Part shown: positions 16,881 to 25,013 of the stretch, piece by piece
Layout of the letters: each line of letters begins with the position of its first letter
Position numbering within the stretch: position 1 is the first letter of the stretch
NCBI GenBank assembly: GCA_964399335.1
Contig: CAYNQI010000015.1
Span: 1 to 25,013, forward strand
Direction: 5' to 3'
DNA from: an uncultured Thermoplasmata archaeon
Lineage (GTDB): Archaea > Thermoplasmatota > Thermoplasmata > Halarchaeoplasmatales > Halarchaeoplasmataceae
DNA: 25,013 nt
Position numbers and translations under genes: made by a program
Notes under the pieces: generated by a model
What the model was told of the DNA's origin: nothing
Database searches by the model: none
The model's input: the letters and a program-made list of their open reading frames with translations, nothing else

Positions 16881-18719
16881 ATGAACCGAAATAGGGGGAA
16901 ATATATAACGCTCGTGGCATCTGCTGTCATATTGTTGACTCTTTTAATCAGTCCTATATATAGCTCATCACCACTAAACTTTTTTGAGGAGTCAGGTGAA
17001 GAGATAAGAACCCTTTCACAAGGACCTTGGCCATCCTTTGGTAGGGATAAAAGTAACACTCGTTTAAGTCCTTATAATACTAGTCATATAGATGGAACAT
17101 TAAACTGGAGTAGAGAAGTTGGTTTAGCAATAAGGTCATCTCCCGCTATTGGATCTAACGATGTGTTATATTATGGCGGTTACGATAATACTCTTTATGC
17201 AGTTGACGTGGATGATGGCGAGGAGAAATGGAGTTACACAACTGGTGGTATAATCATATCTTCTCCGGCTGTATCTGAAGATGAGACCATTTATTTTGGT
17301 TCTGGTGATAATCATATTTATGCTTTAAATCCCGACGGAACTTTAAAGTGGAGATATGAAACTGGAGAAGTGGTATATTCTTCTCCAACAGTAGATGAAG
17401 ATGGTAATGTTTATGTTGGGTCCTATGACGGTAATCTATATTCTATAAACGAGGATGGGGAGCTTAATTGGAAATTTAGTTCAAGATCCTGGTTATGGTC
17501 ATCACCTTCTATTTCTGAAGAAGGTATCGTCTACGTAGGTTCTGGTGATAATAATCTTTATGCTATCGATAAGACTGATGGAGCAGAATTATGGAATTAC
17601 AGCACCGGGGGTTACATCTATTCATCCCCAGCCATCGGAGAAAATGGAATATATTTTGGTTCTTATGATGGTACTCTTTATGCATTAGATCGTGATGGTG
17701 ATCTCAAATGGAATTTTGATTCTGATTCCCGTATACATTCATCTCCTGCAGTTGACCAAGAGGGGACGATTTACTTTGGTTCAAGAGATGGTGAGATGTA
17801 TGCAGTGAGGGACGGTTTAAAACTATGGTCTTTTGAAACAAGTGATGGTATCAGGTCATCTCCAGCAGTAAGTGCTGATGGTTATATCTACTTTGGTTCT
17901 TCTGATGGTTTTATTTACTCTTTGAACAGTGTTGGTGAAAAAGTTTGGTCATACGAAACTGATCGTGGTGTTTATTCATCACCTGCCATAGGTGAAGACG
18001 GGAAAATATTTGTAGGCTCTCTGGACGGAGTGATGCATTCATTTACTGGTACTGACAATGATTTGGACCTAGATATCGAGATTTGGCGTGAAGTAGAGAT
18101 CTCTGTAAAGATGTCTGGACGTATCAATAATCGATTATCAGTAGTTCTAGAAAAAGATGATGATGTATTAGAAAATATGGAATTGATTAGGGAACCAGGC
18201 AAACCACAGACAGATACGATCACTATCCGATATAAAGAGTTAAATGATTACACTTTAAATTTGGAATATTTATCTGAAGAAAAGGGTTCAAATCCTGTAT
18301 GGATAAAGTTTTCTTCCGGCAATAGGTCTAACACGATATTTGAGAATTTCAACTATTACCATGAGCAAGGACATGAGAAATCTTATGATATCAATGAAGA
18401 AATTGATGATATGGTATCGAAAGTAAGAGAAATTCATTTTTCAATAGGCGGTGAGCTGGATATAGACGAAATTTCATCTAGTGAATGGAATTTTGGTGAT
18501 GGAAACACGAGTGAAGGAGTATATGTTGTTCACAGATATTCCTCATCAGGCGTATACAATATAACCTTAAACGTGTTTTATGAGGATGGGACTATCATTT
18601 CTTTAGAAGATATTGTAATAATAGACGATAGCTTGGATGAATCATGGCATAGAAGTTATTACAGTGCAGCATCAAATGCCTACTCAAGAAGAGGATATCT
18701 AGATCTTAGACCTATATGA
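16881..18719 (+). CDS. Secreted PQQ-type/BamB-like 8-bladed beta-propeller protein with C-terminal PKD domain
   Basis: Signal peptide (MNRNRGKYITLVASAVILLTLLISPIYSS). Eight W-x-Y/F-x-T...SSPA(I/V)...IYFGS.DG.LYAL repeats at about 17106-18044. PKD motif EWNFGDG...HRYSSSGVYNITLNV at about 18482-18625. Confidence 0.9.
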   Translation: MNRNRGKYITLVASAVILLTLLISPIYSSSPLNFFEESGEEIRTLSQGPWPSFGRDKSNTRLSPYNTSHIDGTLNWSREVGLAIRSSPAIGSNDVLYYGGYDNTLYAVDVDDGEEKWSYTTGGIIISSPAVSEDETIYFGSGDNHIYALNPDGTLKWRYETGEVVYSSPTVDEDGNVYVGSYDGNLYSINEDGELNWKFSSRSWLWSSPSISEEGIVYVGSGDNNLYAIDKTDGAELWNYSTGGYIYSSPAIGENGIYFGSYDGTLYALDRDGDLKWNFDSDSRIHSSPAVDQEGTIYFGSRDGEMYAVRDGLKLWSFETSDGIRSSPAVSADGYIYFGSSDGFIYSLNSVGEKVWSYETDRGVYSSPAIGEDGKIFVGSLDGVMHSFTGTDNDLDLDIEIWREVEISVKMSGRINNRLSVVLEKDDDVLENMELIREPGKPQTDTITIRYKELNDYTLNLEYLSEEKGSNPVWIKFSSGNRSNTIFENFNYYHEQGHEKSYDINEEIDDMVSKVREIHFSIGGELDIDEISSSEWNFGDGNTSEGVYVVHRYSSSGVYNITLNVFYEDGTIISLEDIVIIDDSLDESWHRSYYSAASNAYSRRGYLDLRPI

Positions 18720-18810
18720 ATGATAATTTGTTTTATTTACGAAAGGATTAAGTACGATATAATTACAAATCTAATAAGTTGAGTAAAATCTAGAATTAGA
18801 GGTATTAAAC

Positions 18811-21800
18811 GTGCAAACTGAAGATATAATCTCGGCATGGTTGATATGCTTGTTATTTCTCCCTACAGTAGGAGCTACAAGTCCATATTCTAATGAGATC
18901 TTAGATGATGATTTGCATGATCTAGAAGTAAATATATCCCCCGAATCTGTTTTAAACACTTCACAGGAAAAGCCTAGTGATCCTATCCCATATGATGGGG
19001 AAATAGGCTTGAATTCTACACCAAAATTATCTGTTTCAGTCGATCATCCTGATGGCTTAGACATGGATGTTTCATTTTATAATAATGATACTGATCTACT
19101 TATAGAAACAGTTCACAGCGTTTCAAGCGGTGAAAGAGCAGAGGTCATTTGGAACAATCGAAACCCTGAAACTCAGTATAACTGGCATGTAGTTGTCGAT
19201 GATGGTGAAAACGAAACTGAAGGAGGTCCTTGGAGTTTTACAACGGCTGGAATCGATTATGTTGAGATCACTGACGAAGTAAATGGTACTGCTCTAGATG
19301 ACCAAGATGTACCACCAAATTTTGAGCATTGGGGATATCTTTCAACCTACAATCATACATACGGTTTTTTTGATAACCCAACAGGAGATTGGGATGCTAG
19401 TGGTGACGCAGAGCTTTTAGAGGCTAACGAATTAGGTTATAACGGGATAGATGTCGGAGATACAGCAGGAGATGTGTGGTTCAATGTTACATCATTACGT
19501 GATGGATATCAAGCTAGTGTGAAATATAATGTTATCATAGATGGTGTAGATTATATCGAGATCACCGATTCACCCGGAGGTCAATCTCTAGATGATGAAT
19601 CCGTCGAGATCGGTCATCGGGTAAGAGGATATTGTTCAGTATACAATGAATCTAGCGGTTATCTTTATACTGTTGAAGGCAATTGGTCTGCAGAAGGTGG
19701 AGACTCTTTTTTACTCGAAGAGAGTACAAACGAATCCAATGTCATAGATGTAGGTTACGAAGCTGGTCCGGTCTGGTTAAACCTTAGTTACGAAGAATTT
19801 TCTGATAGTGTCCAATTCGAAGTTCTCACACCTGAACCAGATGAAATAATAATCACTTCAGAACCAGATGGAGAACCAGTAATCTATGGAGAAGTGCCAG
19901 TTGGATACGAGGTATGGGGTGATGCATCAGGTTACAACGAAACTTCAGGGTATATAGGTACAGTTGAAGTAGACTGGAGTGTTGAATACGAGGAAGGCAT
20001 GGATCCAACTTTAGGACCGTCGCCTTCAGAAGCAAGCTGGATTGATGTAGGAACTTCTTCGGGAGAGCTCGAATGGAAAGCATCTTACTCAAGGAATAAC
20101 TACTGGGTAAATGATACGGTTGTATTTGTTGTTGAACCTCCAAATATAGATCACATCGGGATCACAGATGATGGCGAGGAGATATCAGGAGGTTCCGTAC
20201 CAGTGAACCATACGGAGGAAGTAGAACTATCCGCTTTTAATGAAACCTCAGGTTTTATTGAATTTGTTAACGGTGATTGGACCGTGGAAGGCGGTGATGC
20301 ATTTTTACTCAACGGTACTTCGGGAACTGAAAATATAATAAATGTGGGAACTATACCTGGGGAAGTTGTTCTCACTGCCCAATATAACGATTTTGAGGAT
20401 GAAGTCGTTTTCGACGTAAAGGACCCTACGATAGACCATATCTTTATCGTAAAAAACAAGGAAGAGCCGACAGATTCAATCATTGAAGATATCAATCTAG
20501 ATGCAGGAGAAGATTTGAGAGGTTACTCTGCTGGATTTAATGATACAATAGGGTTTGTTGAACTGGTGGAGGTTGACTGGTTCGTTGAAAACTACGACGG
20601 AGCTGAAGCTGAGGTCAGCCCTAGTACAGGTAACACTAGTGTATTTCAAGCTGGTCCGTATGGTGGCGAAGCTGAGTGGATAGCTGAATATTATGATTCC
20701 ATTAATTTCACTGTATCTGTAAGTATCAATGCACCGTCTATCGATAAAATTCAATTGATGGACGAAGCGGGTGGGACCGGTAGTGTGGTTGAAAACATCA
20801 CTTTAGACCTGGATGAAAACATCACATTGTATTCAGCTGGATATAATTACACATTCGGTTATCAAAGGGATGTTGAGTGTGAATGGATTTTGGATAACGA
20901 TGAGATCGGTTACTTAAATGAAACTTTTAGTGAAACATCTACATTTTTTTCTAGTGGATTGGGTGCCGGCAGTATTACAGTTCATCACGGGATGATCTAT
21001 AACTCTTCTACAATAGAGGTAGTTGATTACAGAACTCCAAAAATCCAGGGTGAAATACCAGATTTAGAACTTGAGAAGGATTTTGGAATTCATGAGATCG
21101 ATTTATCCGATCTCGCCTTTGATGAACATGATACTCTATCAGAGATGGAATGGTATATTACGGGATACAACAGTAACGTGATCTCAGTTTATGGCGAGAA
21201 TCAAACAGGGAACCATATAATATCCCTTTTATCCAGGGAGAATGCAGTTGGTTCGATGGAAGTTACATATTGGCTTGTAAACAGTGCTGGTAACAAAGCT
21301 TCTCAAAGGGCATGGATAAATGTGACCACTATTTATGAATCACCAGAGATCAGAAGATGTCCAGATCTATATGTTTTACATGATGAACCTTACCGATTCG
21401 ATTATTCTCCTTACATAATTTATGATGAAAATCGGTTTGATGAGTTAATCTTAGAGACCGATGATACTGAATATACTGATGTCAGAGGTTTGAGAGTAAC
21501 CTATGAATACCCAAGAAGTATGCTTGGTGAAGAGAGATTGGTCACCATCACGGTTTCTGACGGTCAGGAAAGTGTTTCAACAACGATCACAGTCACAGTC
21601 ACATCTAATACACCCCCTGTTGAAGTAGAAAAGTTACCTGATTTAACGATAGATCAGGGTGAGACTAAAGAGAGCGTTTTTGATCTAGATGATTATTTTG
21701 AAGATCCAGATGGTGATCCACTTTACATGAGTTATGGTTATACATACTTGACGATCACTATACATGACGACCATACAGTTGATATCCGTGCAGATGGGAA

Positions 21801-23244
21801 CTGGCATGGGGTCGAGAGGGTGACATTTAGAGCTAAAGATCCTGTTGGGGCCATTGTAGAACAGACTATCAATGTAACAGTTTTCCCTGTAAATTATCCT
21901 CCTGAGATCAAAGAGCTACCACCGTTTGTAGTTCGATACGATGAGCCCTATGTTTTCGACTTAGAATTCTATATCAATGACCCTGATAACGAAACTCATG
22001 AATTGACCATAACTACAGATAGTCCAGACCATGTTTCGGTAAGTGGTACTAAATTGATCATGAACTACCCCAGAGAATTAGGTGATATGGAGGTCAATTA
22101 TACAGTACCTTTAGAGGTGTATGTATCAGACGGGATCGATAGCGTTTCAGAGGTCACCACCGTTAAGGTAGGGACCTACTATCCTCCAGAACTAGTTATA
22201 CCTCTTCATGATGTAGCATTCAAAGAAAATGAACGATTGATCAATGCTTTCGAACTAGACAATCATTTTTTAGATAGACAAAATGATACTATGTATTTTA
22301 GCTCGGGGAATGAAAACATAGAGGTTGTTATCCATGAAAATAGCTCAGTTGATTTTTATGCTCCAGAAAATTGGAATGGCCAAGAATTGATAACGATCAG
22401 AGCAACTAATTCTGTTGGTGCATTGATGGAAGATTCATTAACTGTTACGGTAATACCAGTTAATAACCCACCAAAGATTTCCGATATACCTTTACAGGAA
22501 GGTGTCGTTGGTCAGAGTTGGATACTTGATATAGACCATTACATATCAGATATAGATAACGAATCTCACGAGTTGGAAGTGATCGTTGATGACCCTAATG
22601 TTCAAGTTTTTGGCCATAAACTATTATTTGAATACGACGATCCTGGCGAATATAATGTAACAATCATGGTCAGTGATGGTTTGGATACTACTACAGGTTA
22701 TTTAGAAGTTAAGGTTGTAGATGATGAAAGTAGCGATATTGCAAATCTTTTATTTTTATTAGGCTTAATCCCAATCGGTATAGTCGGTGCTGTTTTTTAT
22801 TTGAGAAAGACTAAATATACTATAGAAGATATCTTTTTGATACATGATTCTGGGGTTTTAATTAAACACATCACAAGGACATTAAAGGCTGAAAGAGATG
22901 AAGATATATTGGCCGGCATGTTCACCGCAGTGCAAAATTTTGTAGATGATGCCTTCGCTGAAAATGATAGTGAAAGTTTGAAAAAGATGGAATACGGTGA
23001 CAAAAAGGTCCTTGTTCATAAAGGTAAACATGTCATTTTAGCCGTCTTTATTTCTGGAGACGAACCTAAATGGACTCTAGAAGGGATGAAAAACCTCGTG
23101 TCAGATATAGAAGAAAGGTATGGTGAATCCGTCGAAAACTATTCTGGAGATATCAGTGAATTAAAAGATATTGAAAACATACTTAAATCCCTCCATCAAG
23201 GCAGAGGAAAGTATCGTCAAGGGGATTGGAAGAAGTATAAATGA
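18811..23244 (+). CDS. Giant single-pass surface glycoprotein: signal peptide, FN3/Ig-like domain, 6 repeats of about 100 aa, 6 cadherin-like repeats, TM helix, cytoplasmic longin-like domain
   Basis: GTG start 7 nt after GAGGT. Repeats are visible by eye. TM IANLLFLLGLIPIGIVGAVFYL (about 22738-22803) is followed by RKTK. The C-terminal region of about 135 aa has longin secondary-structure order. Confidence 0.88.
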   Translation: MQTEDIISAWLICLLFLPTVGATSPYSNEILDDDLHDLEVNISPESVLNTSQEKPSDPIPYDGEIGLNSTPKLSVSVDHPDGLDMDVSFYNNDTDLLIETVHSVSSGERAEVIWNNRNPETQYNWHVVVDDGENETEGGPWSFTTAGIDYVEITDEVNGTALDDQDVPPNFEHWGYLSTYNHTYGFFDNPTGDWDASGDAELLEANELGYNGIDVGDTAGDVWFNVTSLRDGYQASVKYNVIIDGVDYIEITDSPGGQSLDDESVEIGHRVRGYCSVYNESSGYLYTVEGNWSAEGGDSFLLEESTNESNVIDVGYEAGPVWLNLSYEEFSDSVQFEVLTPEPDEIIITSEPDGEPVIYGEVPVGYEVWGDASGYNETSGYIGTVEVDWSVEYEEGMDPTLGPSPSEASWIDVGTSSGELEWKASYSRNNYWVNDTVVFVVEPPNIDHIGITDDGEEISGGSVPVNHTEEVELSAFNETSGFIEFVNGDWTVEGGDAFLLNGTSGTENIINVGTIPGEVVLTAQYNDFEDEVVFDVKDPTIDHIFIVKNKEEPTDSIIEDINLDAGEDLRGYSAGFNDTIGFVELVEVDWFVENYDGAEAEVSPSTGNTSVFQAGPYGGEAEWIAEYYDSINFTVSVSINAPSIDKIQLMDEAGGTGSVVENITLDLDENITLYSAGYNYTFGYQRDVECEWILDNDEIGYLNETFSETSTFFSSGLGAGSITVHHGMIYNSSTIEVVDYRTPKIQGEIPDLELEKDFGIHEIDLSDLAFDEHDTLSEMEWYITGYNSNVISVYGENQTGNHIISLLSRENAVGSMEVTYWLVNSAGNKASQRAWINVTTIYESPEIRRCPDLYVLHDEPYRFDYSPYIIYDENRFDELILETDDTEYTDVRGLRVTYEYPRSMLGEERLVTITVSDGQESVSTTITVTVTSNTPPVEVEKLPDLTIDQGETKESVFDLDDYFEDPDGDPLYMSYGYTYLTITIHDDHTVDIRADGNWHGVERVTFRAKDPVGAIVEQTINVTVFPVNYPPEIKELPPFVVRYDEPYVFDLEFYINDPDNETHELTITTDSPDHVSVSGTKLIMNYPRELGDMEVNYTVPLEVYVSDGIDSVSEVTTVKVGTYYPPELVIPLHDVAFKENERLINAFELDNHFLDRQNDTMYFSSGNENIEVVIHENSSVDFYAPENWNGQELITIRATNSVGALMEDSLTVTVIPVNNPPKISDIPLQEGVVGQSWILDIDHYISDIDNESHELEVIVDDPNVQVFGHKLLFEYDDPGEYNVTIMVSDGLDTTTGYLEVKVVDDESSDIANLLFLLGLIPIGIVGAVFYLRKTKYTIEDIFLIHDSGVLIKHITRTLKAERDEDILAGMFTAVQNFVDDAFAENDSESLKKMEYGDKKVLVHKGKHVILAVFISGDEPKWTLEGMKNLVSDIEERYGESVENYSGDISELKDIENILKSLHQGRGKYRQGDWKKYK

Positions 23245-23304
23245 GTTTAACTTATCCATGTCATTTATATAGCTCCTAATTCTCATGTAAATATAGTGAA
23301 TTAT

Positions 23305-23598
23305 ATGCCAACAGAAGAAGAAATTATCGATAGGTTAAAAGAAGTCATGGACCCACATACAGGAACAGATGTCTATTCTATGGGATTGATCTCTGATCTT
23401 AAAATAGAGGATGGTTCTGTGAGTTTGACCTTCACACCAACAACACCCTTTTGTCCTATGGGAATCCAATTGGCTGTTAAAATAAAGGAAAATCTTTCTT
23501 CAATGGAAGATCTTTCTGAAGACGATGTTTATGTTAAGATCGAGGGACATATAAATCAGGATGCGATAAATAAGAAATTATCACCTCAAGGTGAATGA
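23305..23598 (+). CDS. DUF59 / SufT / CIA2-like iron-sulfur cluster assembly protein
   Basis: IIDRLKEVMDP..G.DVYSMGLI and TPTTPFCPMG. TTTATATA at 23264-23271. Alternative GTG start at 23296. Confidence 0.9.
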   Translation: MPTEEEIIDRLKEVMDPHTGTDVYSMGLISDLKIEDGSVSLTFTPTTPFCPMGIQLAVKIKENLSSMEDLSEDDVYVKIEGHINQDAINKKLSPQGE

Positions 23599-23599
23599 T

Positions 23600-24460
23600 T
23601 TGGAACTACATCCGAACTGTGTTCCCTGTGTCCTAAAAAGAGTTTTGTTTGAAGCACGTTTAGTTGATCCATCTAAAGAAAGAGAGGTAGTTGAAAACGT
23701 GTTGGACATCCTTTCAGAAGATTTTGAAGAAGGGGCTGTATCTGCTGAGATTGCTACCAAGATACATGGAAAGGTTTACGAAATACTTGGTACAGACGAT
23801 CCTTATCATGAGCTTAAAAAAAGAAGTAACATGGTAGCTGAAAAACTATTGCCCAAAGCAAAAAAGTTAGTTAAAAAGAAAGGCTTTAGAGGTGCTGTTT
23901 TAGCTTCGATAGCTGGAAATGTTTTAGATTTCGGATACAGGGATGATATGAACACCCCAGAATATTTAGAAAAGGAATTCGATAACATAGTTGCAGAAGG
24001 ACTAGGTTGGGATGATATAGATGAAATTGAAGAACTAGTGGAAAAAGGTGAAGATATTGTATTCTTTACAGATAACACCGGAGAAGTAGTTTTTGATACT
24101 CTTTTGATGGAAAGAATAAAGGAATATGATGTTCATCTTACTGTGGTCGTGAAAGGGGAGCCTATACTCACTGATGCGACTATGGATGATGCTATTAAAT
24201 ATGATATAGATGAGATCGCTGATCAACTTGAAACGACAGGGGGATATGCAGTTGGTGTTGATTTTAATAAATTAGATTCAGAATTGCTGAGAAAATTGGA
24301 AGAGACTGATCTTATTATCGCTAAAGGTATGGCAAATTGGGAATCATTTTCCGAAAAAGATTATAGACCGATCGCTTTTTTAACTAGAAGCAAATGTAAG
24401 CCGGTCTCTAAGACCATGGGAGTACCTTACAACGTTAATGTTGCCAAGTTATTTCAGTGA
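23600..24460 (+). CDS. DUF89 / ARMT1-like damage-control phosphatase (subfamily with N-terminal CxxC)
   Basis: MELHPNCVPC, DPY..LK..SN, AGNVLD, FTDNTGE, KG.PIL.DAT, IAKGMANWES and KC. TTG start 5 nt after GGTGA (alternative GTG at 23591). Confidence 0.92.
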   Translation: MELHPNCVPCVLKRVLFEARLVDPSKEREVVENVLDILSEDFEEGAVSAEIATKIHGKVYEILGTDDPYHELKKRSNMVAEKLLPKAKKLVKKKGFRGAVLASIAGNVLDFGYRDDMNTPEYLEKEFDNIVAEGLGWDDIDEIEELVEKGEDIVFFTDNTGEVVFDTLLMERIKEYDVHLTVVVKGEPILTDATMDDAIKYDIDEIADQLETTGGYAVGVDFNKLDSELLRKLEETDLIIAKGMANWESFSEKDYRPIAFLTRSKCKPVSKTMGVPYNVNVAKLFQ

Positions 24461-24988
24461 AGAATAACGGTAACCCGATAAGGTTTCAGCGACTACAGTC
24501 CAAGGTTTCATCATCCTATCTGATATAGAAACTATTTCGTCTGCCCATTCGTAAACTGGGCTGACAAAGTCTCCCGACGGGAACCCTCCTATTATTACGA
24601 TATAATCTTTAGTCCTTGAAAATACTTTGGAAGGATCCTTTTTGGTTCCCTTTGGGGACATTGCAATTTTTTTACCGACTTCATCTTTTAGAGCTTCGGC
24701 CAATGTTTGTTCATTAAATGAGATATTTTTTGCCTTGTAGCCTTGAACGATACCAATGATCAATCTTTTGAAATCTTTTAATCTGTCTGGTATCTTTGCA
24801 TCTGCTTCGAATCTAAAAACTTTATTCTCTCTTGTATGTATTATAGTTCTTATTTCACGTTCTTCTGCCAATCTACAATTCTGGGCTAGAAGTAATGAAA
24901 AATGTATTAAATCAGGGCGTGAATCTTCTAACTCGATATCTTGAGGACCGGTCTTCAACATACAATCAGCTAATACTAATGTTAACAT
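24449..24988 (-). CDS. Nep1/EMG1-like SPOUT methyltransferase, shortened and divergent
   Basis: RPDLIHFSLL, IIHT, IIGGFPSG trefoil-knot motif and ISD.MMKPWTVV. 179 aa. SD GGTGA 4 nt before the ATG. Confidence 0.8.
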   Translation of the reverse strand: MLTLVLADCMLKTGPQDIELEDSRPDLIHFSLLLAQNCRLAEEREIRTIIHTRENKVFRFEADAKIPDRLKDFKRLIIGIVQGYKAKNISFNEQTLAEALKDEVGKKIAMSPKGTKKDPSKVFSRTKDYIVIIGGFPSGDFVSPVYEWADEIVSISDRMMKPWTVVAETLSGYRYSSLK

Positions 24989-25013
24989 TTTGTCACCATC
25001 TATTCTTCTCGAA

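Noticed and set aside
17106-22720. Periodic sequence that might suggest a CRISPR array or DNA tandem repeats
   Set aside because: The periodicity is at protein level (propeller blades, Ig/cadherin-like repeats) with diverged DNA. There are no identical repeats with unique spacers.
13811-23244. Calling the locus a true TRAPP complex or vesicle-trafficking system, or an Asgard contig
   Set aside because: The V4R is fused to DUF835, the GTPases lack prenylation motifs, and no SNARE, coat or ESCRT genes are present. Housekeeping genes look Thermoplasmatota-like. Only the domain-class analogy is supported.
5-24944. Numerous short antisense or alternate-frame ORFs in the supplied track (e.g. 932-1177, 2223-2654, 3771-4085, 20151-20495)
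   Set aside because: They lie opposite well-supported genes, have Ser/Phe/Ile-rich shadow composition, and show no motifs.
1-25013. Mobile element, provirus or defence island
   Set aside because: No transposase, integrase, terminal repeats, tRNA attachment site or recognisable defence genes were found.

Overview
AT-rich archaeal chromosomal window, most consistent with a Thermoplasmatota lineage. The evidence is PCNA, RFC-S, Alba, Bud32, MptA, DUF835 and a Nep1-like gene, plus TATA boxes and GGTGA-type SD motifs. Acidic proteins suggest a halophile (inference). The left half is mostly housekeeping: NcsA/TtuA-like tRNA thiolase (3' end), RdgB, stand-alone Bud32, a bacterial-type RNase PH, a DapA-family aldolase with an SDR, an IGHMBP2-type SF1 helicase, PCNA, an ORFan, a divergent RFC-S, glycerate 2-kinase, Alba, a USP, a SAM methyltransferase and MptA. 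The main candidate system is 13811-23244. It holds two divergently transcribed Rab-like small GTPases. One heads an operon with a V4R-DUF835 fusion and a Zn-ribbon protein. The other is followed by a secreted 8-blade PQQ-type beta-propeller/PKD protein and a 1477-aa single-pass surface protein whose cytoplasmic tail has a longin-fold pattern. V4R (Bet3-related), longin and Rab are the domain classes of the eukaryotic TRAPP Rab-GEF, so this may be a surface-receptor-to-small-GTPase signalling module. That function is inferred, not demonstrated. Two small genes missing from the ORF track were found: a ribbon-helix-helix protein with an apparent ATC start, and a 26-aa single-TM microprotein. No rRNA, tRNA, CRISPR array or mobile element was detected.
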